Positions 1 through 9,453 of a DNA stretch of 64,000 nt are shown here, one piece after another. Within the stretch, counting starts at the first letter, position 1, and the number at the start of each line of letters is the position of its first letter. The DNA is from Planctomycetota bacterium (GTDB lineage: Bacteria; Planctomycetota; UBA8742; UBA2392), in contig JAMQHL010000034.1 in assembly GCA_025993795.1 (NCBI GenBank), positions 9,291 to 73,290 on the forward strand, written 5' to 3'. The notes under the pieces were generated by a model, which worked only from the letters and a program-made list of their open reading frames with translations, ran no database searches and was not told the origin of the DNA. A program made the translations under genes and the position numbers.

Positions 1-1
1 A

Positions 2-265
2 TCCCATGCAATCTGGCAGCGCGTGCGCATCAGCGCAATCAGTGTGCAGGCCAAGGGTGGCGACATGAAATCGTTTTACGCGTCGCTGAACGGGCAACTG
101 AACGCAGCCAAGCTGGCGAAAATCGGCGTGACCGAGGCCGAGTTACGGGGCACGCATTACGTGGCAACAGACTACAAAATCAGCTGCTACGGCAAGAAGA
201 TGACAGTCGAAGCCGTGAAGCCCAACACCAAAGGCTACGTGTCACAAGAGTACGACATTCCGTAA
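2..265 (+). CDS. 3' part of a hypothetical protein (5'-truncated by window edge)
   Basis: Frame is open from position 2 through the GTG at 23 to TAA at 265; no recognisable motif. Confidence 0.6.
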   Translation, partial: SHAIWQRVRISAISVQAKGGDMKSFYASLNGQLNAAKLAKIGVTEAELRGTHYVATDYKISCYGKKMTVEAVKPNTKGYVSQEYDIP

Positions 266-1048
266 TTACGGCTTGCGCACGGTCCAGAGCTGCTCGCTGC
301 CGTGCTTGTAGGGCTGGCCCTTGAAGCCGCCCTCCAGTTTTTCGACTACCAGGCCGCTGAGTTCAAACAGGTGTTCCATCTCATAGCGGAAGAAGTAGCG
401 CAGCTTGATGCGGCGCGCGCGGCGCCACAGGCTGCGGCCCTGGTCGTCGAACTTTTCGTAAATCCACTGCTCTTCGAAGCGCTGCTCTTCAGGGCAGGCC
501 ACGCGGCAGGCGTATGCCACTACGCGCCCGCCGGGCACTTCGGTCTCGCCTACTTTGCGCATGGCGCTGGCGTTGGGCCCGACATTTTCGGCAAGAACGC
601 GCAGGTTGGGGTCAAACAGGTTGACCACCAGGCGGCCCTTGGGCGCCAGGTGCTTTCGGCAATGCTCAAGACATGAGCGCTGCTCAGCCGTTTCATGCAG
701 GTGCTGGAAGGCGCGAAATGGAATCACGATCAGCGGAAATCGAGTCTTCAGGTCAAACTTGCGCATGTCGCCTTCAAGCAGCGTCAGGCGCTTGATTACG
801 TCCGGTGCTTCCCTGTCGACCTTTTCTCCGCATGCCTCCAGCATCATCGGCGCGATCTCAAGCGCGGTGACGGCGGCGCCTGCGCGGGCCATCGGGATCG
901 TCACGCGGCCGGTGCCGGCGGCAAGTTCAAGCACTTTGCCCGCCTTCTTTGCCAACTTGCTGAAGTAGGCGACGTCGCCGTCCACGCCGTCGCTGAGCAG
1001 GTCGTACAAGTCGGGCGTGTCGTAAAGTGTGCTGGGTTGCTTAGCCAT
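266..1048 (-). CDS. Class I SAM-dependent methyltransferase
   Basis: Motif I VLELAAGTGR, acidic ALEIAP, motif LEGDMR; start overlaps birA stop by 8 nt. Confidence 0.9.
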   Translation of the reverse strand: MAKQPSTLYDTPDLYDLLSDGVDGDVAYFSKLAKKAGKVLELAAGTGRVTIPMARAGAAVTALEIAPMMLEACGEKVDREAPDVIKRLTLLEGDMRKFDLKTRFPLIVIPFRAFQHLHETAEQRSCLEHCRKHLAPKGRLVVNLFDPNLRVLAENVGPNASAMRKVGETEVPGGRVVAYACRVACPEEQRFEEQWIYEKFDDQGRSLWRRARRIKLRYFFRYEMEHLFELSGLVVEKLEGGFKGQPYKHGSEQLWTVRKP

Positions 1049-2060
1049 GGCTTTCGGTCGCCTTTGTTTCGGGCTTCGGCGGTTGAACCTCGCGCACGTT
1101 GCTGACGCTTTCGGCGCTGATCGTCAGTTCCTTTTCGTCGATGCGCAGTGTGATGCCTTCGCTGGGATGAACGCGAATGATGGTGCCCTCGATCTCTTCG
1201 CCGGCCCGGCTCAGACGCACGTGCTTGCCGCCCATGTGCACGAACTCGCTCCAGGCTCTTGCCAGCTTGTCCCACTTCTTCTTGCGGACCAGGTCATAGA
1301 CGCGCTCAAGATAAAACAGCAGCGGCCGCAGCACGCGCACGCGGTTCAGCGGCCGCGAACCCGGCCGCTCGAGGCGCAGGCTGGTGGCGGTCTCGCGCAG
1401 GCTTTCCGGAAAGTCGGTGCGCAACTGGTTCACGTTCAAGCCAATACCCAGCACAAAAGTGTCGGGCACGTTGCTGCGCGCTTCCACCAGGATGCCGCAG
1501 ACCTTGCGGCCGCGGATGATGACGTCATTGGGCCACTTGATCTCGGCGGGCAGGTGAATGAACTGCTGCAGCATGTTGGCGACGGCCAGGCTGGCCATGC
1601 CGGTAAGAAACGCGACGCGGTCCGGCGGCACGGCGACCCTGAGCACTACCGACATCCACAGGCCCAGTCCCGGTGCCGAGTGCCATTCGCGGCCCATGCG
1701 GCCACGGCCGCGCATCTGACTGTCGGCAAGGATGACCGTGCCGTCCTTGAGGTCGTCGTCGGCTTCGACCAGTTCCCAGGCGGTTTCGTTGGTGGAAGAA
1801 AGCTGGTCGTGAATGCTGAGTTTGCGGCCGATGATCTTGGTGTTGAGGTCTTCACGGATCTCGTGCTTGAGCAGGCGGTCAGGTATGTCGATCAACTTCA
1901 CGCCGAGGTAGGGGTGAAATTCGATCGAGTAGCCCTGCTCAATGAGCGCTTCGACGTCAGTGAAAATGGCATCGCGGGAGATTTTTAGTTTCTCCTCGAT
2001 GTCGCCGACGGGGACGTAGTGGCTTTGTTTCTTGAGAAAGCTGATCAGGTCAGTGTTCAT
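1041..2060 (-). CDS. birA: Bifunctional biotin-[acetyl-CoA carboxylase] ligase with N-terminal HTH
   Basis: SSTN, QMRGRGRMGREW, KWPND, KVCGIL, GIGLNVN motifs; real start MNTDL at 2060 (the longer ORF runs into mnmG). Confidence 0.93.
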   Translation of the reverse strand: MNTDLISFLKKQSHYVPVGDIEEKLKISRDAIFTDVEALIEQGYSIEFHPYLGVKLIDIPDRLLKHEIREDLNTKIIGRKLSIHDQLSSTNETAWELVEADDDLKDGTVILADSQMRGRGRMGREWHSAPGLGLWMSVVLRVAVPPDRVAFLTGMASLAVANMLQQFIHLPAEIKWPNDVIIRGRKVCGILVEARSNVPDTFVLGIGLNVNQLRTDFPESLRETATSLRLERPGSRPLNRVRVLRPLLFYLERVYDLVRKKKWDKLARAWSEFVHMGGKHVRLSRAGEEIEGTIIRVHPSEGITLRIDEKELTISAESVSNVREVQPPKPETKATESHG

Positions 2061-2148
2061 GTGGCGCGGAGTGTAAGGAAGTGACAGGCCCTCGCGCAAG
2101 GACAGGCGGCGACTCCTGTTCTCTGCCGCGTCTGCTATTCTTCGAGCC

Positions 2149-4002
2149 ATGGGCGCGTTTGAAGTCATTGTGGTGGGTGGGGGGCACGCGGGGATTGAAG
2201 CCGCGCTGGCGGCTGTGCGGGTTGGCGCGCGCGTTTGCCTGGTGACGTTTGAGCGCGCCGGCATTGGCCGCATGTCGTGCAACCCCGCCATTGGCGGCGT
2301 GGCCAAGGGCCAGATCGTGCGCGAGATTGATGCCCTGGGCGGCGCCATGGCCCGGCTGATCGACGCCGCCGGAATCCAGTTCCGCATGCTCAATCGCAGC
2401 AAGGGCGCGGCCGTGATCAGTCCCCGCGCGCAAGCCGACAAAGACGCATACCAGCAGGCGGCGCAACGCCTGTGCGAAGGCACCGACGGCTTATGCCTCG
2501 TCGAAGGTGAAGCCGTTGAACTGCTGGTGTCGGGAAGCGGAAACCGGGAATCGGGGTTCGACGAAGCCACTCCCGCCGTCACCGGCGTCAAGCTCGCCGA
2601 CGGCCGCGAACTGCACGCGCCGCGCGTGGTACTGACCACCGGCACGTTTCTGGGCGGGTTGCTGCATTACGGCGAAGAAAAGATTTCAGGCGGGCGCGCC
2701 GGCGAAAAGGCCGCGGTCGGCCTCTCGGGCCAATTGCGTGCGCTCGGGTTCAGGCTGGGCAGGCTCAAGACCGGTACGCCTCCGCGGCTGGCCCGCGAAA
2801 GCATTGACCTGGGTGCGCTGCAACAGCAGCCCGGAGACGAGCCAGCAGAACCGTTTTCATACATGACCGGCGAACTTGCAGTACAGCAGATGCCGTGTTG
2901 GGTCACGCACACCAACCCGGCGACCCATGCTGTGATTCTCGAGAACATGGTGCGCAGCCCGCTGTACAGCGGCCAGATTGTCGGCATTGGCCCGCGCTAT
3001 TGCCCCAGCATCGAAGACAAGGTCAAGCGCTTTGCCGACAAGCAAAGCCACCATGTGTTCCTTGAGCCCGAGACGCGCGACGGCGACACCATCTACCCCA
3101 ACGGCATCAGCACCAGCATGCCGCGCGACGTGCAGGATGCGCTGGTACGCACGATGCGCGGCCTTGAGAACGCCCGCATCGTGAAATACGGCTATGCGGT
3201 CGAGTACGACTTCGTGCCTCCGACACAGATTGACGCAAGCATGCAGACCAAGCTGCTGCGCGGTCTTTACCTGGCGGGGCAGATAAACGGCACCACCGGC
3301 TACGAAGAAGCCGCAGCCCAGGGCCTGATGGCGGGCCTGAATGCCGCACGCACACTGGACACCCACGAGCCCGTGGTCCTGCGGCGCGACCAGGCGTACA
3401 TCGGCGTGCTGATCGACGACCTGACGACGCGCGGCACCGACGAACCCTACCGCATGTTCACCAGCCTTGCGGAGTACCGGCTGCGGTTGCGCAGTGATAA
3501 CGCCGATCGCAGGCTTACGCCGTTAGCACAGCAGATCGGCATATGCGAGCCGGCGCGCGCGCAGCGACTGCAATCGAAACTGGATGCCTACGCAACCGGC
3601 GAAGCTTTGTTGAAGGCCGAGCGCCGTGAAGGCAAGTCGCTGTACGACTGGTTGCGCACGCCGCAGTTTGAGTGGGCGACAGCGCTGGCCCGGCTGCCCG
3701 CAATCGCACGACTGGACGCGGAGGCACTGCAGACGCTTGAGATTGACGCCCGCTACGCCGGCTACATCGGGCGCGAAGATGCCGAAGTCGCCCGCCTGCG
3801 CGAGCTTGAAGCCGTCAACGTGCCCCGCAACCTGCGCTATGAGGCCATGTCCAGCCTGCGCAAAGAGGCGCGAGAGAAGCTCGCGGCTTTGCAGCCATTG
3901 ACACTGGGGCAGGCCGCCCGCATTCCGGGTATCGGCCCCGGGGATGTCAGTGTGCTGCGCGTGTACCTGAAGACCGGTGTAGGGGCGCCGGCCCATGGAT
4001 GA
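2149..4002 (+). CDS. mnmG: tRNA uridine-5-carboxymethylaminomethyl modification enzyme
   Basis: VVGGGHAGIEAA, MSCNPAIGG, LKTGTPPRL, GPRYCPSIEDK, GQINGTTGYEEAAAQG. Confidence 0.97.
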   Translation: MGAFEVIVVGGGHAGIEAALAAVRVGARVCLVTFERAGIGRMSCNPAIGGVAKGQIVREIDALGGAMARLIDAAGIQFRMLNRSKGAAVISPRAQADKDAYQQAAQRLCEGTDGLCLVEGEAVELLVSGSGNRESGFDEATPAVTGVKLADGRELHAPRVVLTTGTFLGGLLHYGEEKISGGRAGEKAAVGLSGQLRALGFRLGRLKTGTPPRLARESIDLGALQQQPGDEPAEPFSYMTGELAVQQMPCWVTHTNPATHAVILENMVRSPLYSGQIVGIGPRYCPSIEDKVKRFADKQSHHVFLEPETRDGDTIYPNGISTSMPRDVQDALVRTMRGLENARIVKYGYAVEYDFVPPTQIDASMQTKLLRGLYLAGQINGTTGYEEAAAQGLMAGLNAARTLDTHEPVVLRRDQAYIGVLIDDLTTRGTDEPYRMFTSLAEYRLRLRSDNADRRLTPLAQQIGICEPARAQRLQSKLDAYATGEALLKAERREGKSLYDWLRTPQFEWATALARLPAIARLDAEALQTLEIDARYAGYIGREDAEVARLRELEAVNVPRNLRYEAMSSLRKEAREKLAALQPLTLGQAARIPGIGPGDVSVLRVYLKTGVGAPAHG

Positions 4003-4177
4003 AGCCGGAACATACATCTGCGACCACTGCGGCGAAGAAATTGAGGTGCCGGTTGACCCTAGCGCCGGTCAGGATCAGGAGTATGTAGAGGACTGTCCGG
4101 TATGCTGCGCCCCCAACCTGCTCACCGTCTGCTGGGACGCTGACGGCCGCGCGAACTTTACGGCGCGTGCCGAGTAA
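3995..4177 (+). CDS. CPXCG-motif cysteine-rich small protein
   Basis: CDHCG ... QEYVEDCPVCC; overlaps mnmG stop. Confidence 0.85.
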   Translation: MDEAGTYICDHCGEEIEVPVDPSAGQDQEYVEDCPVCCAPNLLTVCWDADGRANFTARAE

Positions 4178-4255
4178 TTGCTTTGCGTGTGAAGGGTCTA
4201 TGTGTAAATTTGACGTGACTATCATCCCAGCGTTGAACCATGGGCGAGATGGGCA

Positions 4256-5149
4256 ATGGCATTGTCAGCCGAGGAATCACAATCGGGCATTGAAGACTGG
4301 GTGCTGCGACAGTTGCCCGGGCTGACCTATGTGTGCGAAAATGATGAGTTCTACACAATGCGCTTTCTGTGCAGTGGCAGCGGACACGCCTTTGGGTACG
4401 ACCTGCAGGACTTCGTGGACAACAAGCACTACTTCGCCGCATCGGCGATTCATCCCGACGACCACGACCTGGTCGATCGTTTCGCAGAAACCATGAATCT
4501 GAATGCGCGGCCGATTGTCGCGCGCTACCGCCTGGTCCGCGCCGAGGGCAAAGTCGTGCCGGTTCTTTGTTCCGCGCGGGCGGTGCGTAACCCGTCGGGC
4601 GCGGTGCTGGCGATCGCAGGATTCTTCTTTGACATTAGCGACATGAAGCCGCTTCAGGGCGACACCTGCATCCTGACCGATCTGTCACTTCCCGCCATCG
4701 ACGTCGCCGGCCCGGTATTGTCACGCCCGGAGCCTATGACGGCGGGATGGCTGTTGCCGCAACTGGCGACTGTCAGCTACGCCACGACCGACAACGCCCC
4801 ATATACGCCGGTGTATCTGAGCGGGAGCCTGAAAAGCGAACTCGGTTATGACATCACCAAGTTCATCGCTGAGCCGGGTTACAGCATGGCCTCTGTGGTG
4901 TATCCCGATGATGCAGACCTGTCCGACGAATCGATCGAGAAGGCAGCAGCCGAGCCCGGCAACGAGTTGTGGATGCGCCTGCGTGTGGTAAACGAAGCCG
5001 GCAACCCGGTGCAGGTGCTGTGCGGGCTGCGCGGGGCGCGCCATGACGCATACCCGGGCGGGCGCGGTATCGTCGGCACGGCGCTGTACCTACACGACGT
5101 GCCGGGATTGCAGGGGCCCTCGAAGATACTCTCGTTCAAGCCGGCCTGA
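4256..5149 (+). CDS. Tandem PAS/PAC-domain protein with no output domain
   Basis: Two homologous units (IHPDD..YRLVRAEG; VYPDD..RLRVVNEAG). Confidence 0.8.
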   Translation: MALSAEESQSGIEDWVLRQLPGLTYVCENDEFYTMRFLCSGSGHAFGYDLQDFVDNKHYFAASAIHPDDHDLVDRFAETMNLNARPIVARYRLVRAEGKVVPVLCSARAVRNPSGAVLAIAGFFFDISDMKPLQGDTCILTDLSLPAIDVAGPVLSRPEPMTAGWLLPQLATVSYATTDNAPYTPVYLSGSLKSELGYDITKFIAEPGYSMASVVYPDDADLSDESIEKAAAEPGNELWMRLRVVNEAGNPVQVLCGLRGARHDAYPGGRGIVGTALYLHDVPGLQGPSKILSFKPA

Positions 5150-5223
5150 GTCTGCGGCGGGCGTTCAGTGGTGGCGGGCCCAAGGTCAGTGCCGAATCGC
5201 CATCGCTGTCGCGGCACACTTCC

Positions 5224-5796
5224 ATGACCGTTCGCATCGCTATCGTCTTTGCTACTTCCAGCGGCAATACGCTTGAGACCGCGCGTATGGCCGCTGCGGG
5301 GGCTGCCGAGGCGGGGGCCGTCACCACGCTTTACTGCGCGCGCGACTTCTCGGCGGAAGTGCTGACCCGGCATGATGGCATCCTGATCGGCGAACCGACC
5401 TGGGGGCAGGGCGACCACCACGCGGATTTCAGGCCGTTCGACGACAGTATGGCGAAGCTGCTCGTTCCGGCGAAGCGATTGCGCGGAAAGGGTGCCGCTG
5501 CATTTGCCGGCTGCGACCGCGCATACCGCAACTTCGGCCGCGCCATTGAGCTGATTGAGCAGCGCCTGGCCGGGTGCGGCGCAGACATCCTGCAGCGCGG
5601 ATTGATGATCGAGCTGCGCCACAACCCGGCAAGCCGCGAGTTCACGCAACAGTGGGGGCGCGACTTCGTGGCGCGCCTGCGCGGCGAACTTGCGCGTGAA
5701 GCGTTTGAGCCCCGCATGGGGAGGGCCGAGGTGGACCAGGTCATGGGCATCAGTGCGGCCGAGCGCGAAAACCGGGAACTGGGCGGCCTGCGCTAG
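5224..5796 (+). CDS. Flavodoxin with C-terminal extension
   Basis: FMN loop ATSSGNT, GEPTWGQG, FGRAIELIE. Confidence 0.85.
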   Translation: MTVRIAIVFATSSGNTLETARMAAAGAAEAGAVTTLYCARDFSAEVLTRHDGILIGEPTWGQGDHHADFRPFDDSMAKLLVPAKRLRGKGAAAFAGCDRAYRNFGRAIELIEQRLAGCGADILQRGLMIELRHNPASREFTQQWGRDFVARLRGELAREAFEPRMGRAEVDQVMGISAAERENRELGGLR

Positions 5797-6599
5797 TCGC
5801 TGGAATCTTCTTTGTCGCTGCGCACCCGAACCACGCCGCGTTTCGTGCTGCGGAAGAACGTGACCCAGTGCTGGGCGGCGGGGCTGTCCTGAAAGTCTGA
5901 CTCGATCATTTCCAGCGCTTTCTCAAGCGGCGTACCGCTTCGGAACAGCAGCTTGTAGGCGTCACGCAGGCGCTTAATCTGGTCGCGGTCAAAGCCGTTG
6001 CGTTTCAGGCCAATGGCGTTCAATCCGTACACCGGACAGCCGAACCCGCCGACGCGGCAAAACGGAGGAATATCCATGCTGGTTACCGATCCCCCGGCGA
6101 CCATGGCAAATCTGCCGACACGCGCGAATTGATGAATGGCGACGAGGCCGCCGAACACGACGCGCTCTTCAACGGTGACGTGGCCGGCGAGCTGTACCGC
6201 GTTGGCGGCAATGACGTGATCCGCGACCGCAGTGTCATGGCCGACGTGGCAATACGCCATGAGAAATGTGTGGTTGCCGATGGTGGTGGTTTGCGCGGTG
6301 GTCTTGGTGGTGCCGCGGGACACCTGCACGTAGTCGCCCAGGAAGTTGCTGTTGCCGATCACCAGCCTTGTGGGGTCATCTTTGTAGCCGAGGTCCTGCG
6401 GCGGAGCACCCAGGCTGCAATGATTGCCAATTCGGTTGTTTTCGCCGATGACGGTCGGGCCTTCGATTACGGTGTGCGGCCCGACGCGAGTTCCCTTGCC
6501 GATCACAACGCCGGGGCCGATGACGCAGTAGGGGCCGATCTCGGCGCTGGTGTCGATTGCTGCCGCAGGGTCGATAATTGCGGTTGGGTGAACTGGCAT
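5793..6599 (-). CDS. lpxA: Acyl-ACP--UDP-N-acetylglucosamine O-acyltransferase
   Basis: Hexapeptide repeats, LGAPPQDLGY, MAYCHVGHD, VAIHQFARVG, GLNAIGLKR. Confidence 0.96.
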   Translation of the reverse strand: MPVHPTAIIDPAAAIDTSAEIGPYCVIGPGVVIGKGTRVGPHTVIEGPTVIGENNRIGNHCSLGAPPQDLGYKDDPTRLVIGNSNFLGDYVQVSRGTTKTTAQTTTIGNHTFLMAYCHVGHDTAVADHVIAANAVQLAGHVTVEERVVFGGLVAIHQFARVGRFAMVAGGSVTSMDIPPFCRVGGFGCPVYGLNAIGLKRNGFDRDQIKRLRDAYKLLFRSGTPLEKALEMIESDFQDSPAAQHWVTFFRSTKRGVVRVRSDKEDSSD

Positions 6600-6606
6600 G
6601 GCCGCG

Positions 6607-6680
6607 AATGATCAATTATCGATGTCAAATGTTCAATGCCCCCGTTCTCGAGGGCATTGGCCGTTGAACACTGAAAACTG
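6607..6680. repeat. Degenerate heptamer-based inverted repeat
   Basis: AATGATC/AATTATC/AATGTTC/AATGCCC-like units facing GGGCATT/GGCCGTT/GAACACT/GAAAACT. Confidence 0.5.
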
Positions 6681-6687
6681 CGGTACG

Positions 6688-7308
6688 TTAGCGCCGCTGC
6701 AGGATGCTCAAAATCGCCGTAAGCTGAGTCTTCTGCATTTCAAGTTGTTCCTTGATTGCCGTGATCTCTTCGGCATTCCCGCCGCCACCGCCACCGCCAC
6801 CACCGGCAACGATGCCCTCGCCGACTTCGCGTCCGAGGTTGATCAGGTCAGCGTACCAGCGCGACTCGGGCATGCTGGTGACCACTTTTTCCGTGAGTTC
6901 GCGGCTTGCCTTGCTTACCGCGCTCAGGTGCTTGAGCGCCTGGTCCATCAGCTCGGCAGAATCGCCGCCAAGGTCGACCTTCATGCCTTCTTTGCGTGTC
7001 TTGCCGATTTCGTCGCGCAGGTTTCGCAACTCGTCGCGGATGCGCCCCAGCATTTCCGTCACCGGGCCCATGTCAACGTTTACGGTCACCTTCGGGGCTG
7101 GTCCGCCGCCACCGCCGGTACCGGCCGGGGCTGAGTAGGCCGGTGCCGGCGCGCTGGCCGTTGACGTTCCGGTGTCGTCGCCATAGTCGTCACCGGGGCC
7201 TGGCGCCGGGGCCTCACCCAAACCAAGGGGCGAACGCTCTTCGTGCGTCTTGGCCTCGGATGTCTTGAGGCGTTTAGAGAGACTTGCCAGTTTTGCCAGG
7301 TCCGCCAT
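6688..7308 (-). CDS. Hypothetical protein: N-terminal helix, Pro/Gly/acidic linker, coiled coils
   Basis: 206-aa ORF, heptad-like LGRIRDELRNLRDEI and IKEQLEMQKTQLTAIL; SD-like AGGTGA upstream. Confidence 0.8.
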   Translation of the reverse strand: MADLAKLASLSKRLKTSEAKTHEERSPLGLGEAPAPGPGDDYGDDTGTSTASAPAPAYSAPAGTGGGGGPAPKVTVNVDMGPVTEMLGRIRDELRNLRDEIGKTRKEGMKVDLGGDSAELMDQALKHLSAVSKASRELTEKVVTSMPESRWYADLINLGREVGEGIVAGGGGGGGGGNAEEITAIKEQLEMQKTQLTAILSILQRR

Positions 7309-7338
7309 GTCGAATCACCTGCGTTTGGTTACCTAGAC

Positions 7339-7366
7339 AACGCGCCCGGTGGGCACCGGGCGCGTT
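7339..7366. terminator. Perfect 13-bp stem hairpin between actin-like gene and its downstream ORF
   Basis: AACGCGCCCGGTG-GG-CACCGGGCGCGTT; U-tract on the minus strand is weak. Confidence 0.5.
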
Positions 7367-7395
7367 TTCACGGTCGGATTTGCCGAGGCTTGATT

Positions 7396-9453
7396 CTAGT
7401 CCTCGTGACTCAGTGCTGCAAGAAGGCATCCCTTGGCCGTGGCATTGAGAGGGTCCTCGGCTTTGCGGATCTCGCTTACCTTGATCGGGAACTTGCTGGC
7501 CATCTTGCTGAACTCGTCCTTGAACACCTCAATGAAACCGCCAACCTTGCTGGTACCGCCTGAAACAGCGATGGGTACCGGCTTGGGGAAATTGGGGATG
7601 TCTTTGGTGACCGAGAACTTCTTTACGATGTTGTCGAGCGAGTATTTGACCAGGTGGCGGTAGTAGATGACGATGGCTTCTTCTTCGGGCGTCTTGGGCG
7701 CGTTGATGTCAACACCGCGCTCTTTGACTGCAGTGATCTTGGAAGCAGCGCAACCCATGACCTGCGCGGCCTGCTGGTCGATCCAGTCGCCGCCCTTGGC
7801 CGTCGAGAAGCTGATGACCGGCATGCTGCGGAAGCATACGCAAACGTTCACCATGCCGCCGCCGCAGGAAATGCCGATGCCGGTAAACTCGTCGTCGCCC
7901 AGTTCGCTGAACACGATGGCCTGACCTTCGTTGAACGGGTGGCCGCGGTAGCCAAGGCGCTCAAGCAGGCCGTTGGCGATGTTCGTGTGGTACACGATAT
8001 TCATCGTGCTGTCGACCGGGTCAGCCGGGATGGAGTAGTACACCATCTCGCCTTCTGCACGCGGCGGCCCAAGAATCTTCTTGAACAGCTCGACTTCCAT
8101 CGGCATTGCGTCCGCGTCGGTGGGACTGATCAAGCCGTTCTTCATCGGCCGGCGCATCTCGCGGTTGAAAATGTTCGCAAGCTCGAAGGCATCTTCACCA
8201 ATGATGAAGAGCTTGTTCTCGCGCTTGATGTACGGAACACCCTGGCCCTTGAGCATCTTCAAGGTGTACGGGTCTTCGGGAACGTCCAGGAACGCGTTGC
8301 GTGCCGGAAAGAACTCGATGCTGCCCTCTTCATCCATGCGGGCCGCTACCAGGTTGGCTGTACCTACGTCTAGTCCGCGCCCGAGGGGCGCACCCGAATC
8401 ATCACCCACGGTGAATACCTCCGGCTGTTGAGAAACTTCTTCTCGTGGCTCCGCGGGAGTCGACTCTGCCGAGACCATCTCGGGCCCGTCGGCGTCCGCG
8501 CTATCCTGTTGGTTTGCTTGACCTTCTTCTTCTTCTTCTCCCCCAAGGTCAAGCTCCTCGGGTTCGCTGGCCGTTGCGATTGCGCCAGAACTATACTCAT
8601 GCTCGTCTGACTGACTGCTGCTTTCTTCGTTTTCGTCCCCAGAACGAACAGCCACCGAAGATACTTCCAAGGCTGCTGCACCGTCGTCGGACTGGTACGG
8701 ACCCTCCGCCGAATACGTTTGCGCGGGGGTGTGTGCTGCTTCCGGATCCGGGTCGGGTTTCTGCGCCGCTTTATCTAGCAGCAAGTTTTCCGTTTGACCA
8801 GCCTGATTTTCGAGACTCGCGTGACCTTCATCCCCCGTATCCGCTTGATCTTGCGCGATGTTCGATTCCCATTCCAGGGCAGTTTCCGGCGGGCCCTCCG
8901 TCTTACCCAGCGTCGAAGCGGTCAATTCGTCACCTGCCTCTTCCGATCTCTTTTCCGGCGGAAACGCCGCGTCCATTGCTTGCGCCGCCACCGTCATCGG
9001 CCCGCAACTGCCTGAGCCGGGCTCAATCGGAATCTCAAACTCGCCGATATCCGTTTCGTCGTCTACGTCTTCTACTTCCATCATCTCGCGGGACGCCACG
9101 GTCATTGGGCCTGCGGGCCCATCCTCGCCAAGGCTGCTTTCATCAAGGTCGCTGATGTCCGTGACCCCTGGGCCTGTGACGATCTCGCTGACGTCATCGT
9201 CGGCGATGTCATCTTCGGCGCTCCACTCAATGACCTCGTGCCGGCCGCTGGGTGTTACGTCTACCGGCGTATCGTGCCAGTTCTTCTCCTGCACCTTCGT
9301 CGTGCGGCGCTTGGCCGCCTTTTGCAGGCGCTCGCGCACGGTTTCACGGTGCGGTTGCTCGGCCAGGTCGCCCAGGTCAAGGTCGGCATCGTCGTCTTCG
9401 TAGACGACTTCCCCTTCGCCTTGGGCGCCTTCTTCGTTGTTCTCAGGTTCCAC
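7396..9453 (-). CDS. Actin-superfamily ATPase with long acidic disordered N-terminus
   Basis: Phosphate-1 GLDVGTANL, connect FNEGQA, phosphate-2 GISCGGG, adenosine VSGGTSK, connect-2 EDPLNATAKG; first ~350 aa are D/E-rich low complexity. Confidence 0.85.
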   Translation of the reverse strand: MEPENNEEGAQGEGEVVYEDDDADLDLGDLAEQPHRETVRERLQKAAKRRTTKVQEKNWHDTPVDVTPSGRHEVIEWSAEDDIADDDVSEIVTGPGVTDISDLDESSLGEDGPAGPMTVASREMMEVEDVDDETDIGEFEIPIEPGSGSCGPMTVAAQAMDAAFPPEKRSEEAGDELTASTLGKTEGPPETALEWESNIAQDQADTGDEGHASLENQAGQTENLLLDKAAQKPDPDPEAAHTPAQTYSAEGPYQSDDGAAALEVSSVAVRSGDENEESSSQSDEHEYSSGAIATASEPEELDLGGEEEEEGQANQQDSADADGPEMVSAESTPAEPREEVSQQPEVFTVGDDSGAPLGRGLDVGTANLVAARMDEEGSIEFFPARNAFLDVPEDPYTLKMLKGQGVPYIKRENKLFIIGEDAFELANIFNREMRRPMKNGLISPTDADAMPMEVELFKKILGPPRAEGEMVYYSIPADPVDSTMNIVYHTNIANGLLERLGYRGHPFNEGQAIVFSELGDDEFTGIGISCGGGMVNVCVCFRSMPVISFSTAKGGDWIDQQAAQVMGCAASKITAVKERGVDINAPKTPEEEAIVIYYRHLVKYSLDNIVKKFSVTKDIPNFPKPVPIAVSGGTSKVGGFIEVFKDEFSKMASKFPIKVSEIRKAEDPLNATAKGCLLAALSHED

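Noticed and set aside
2061-2645. N-terminal extension of the birA ORF to 2645
   Set aside because: Overlaps mnmG on the opposite strand; BirA HTH similarity begins at MNTDL (2060)
7396-9453. Calling the actin mreB, ftsA or a magnetosome mamK/mad28 gene
   Set aside because: No mreC/D, dcw or mam genes in the window; family-specific signatures cannot be confirmed without a search
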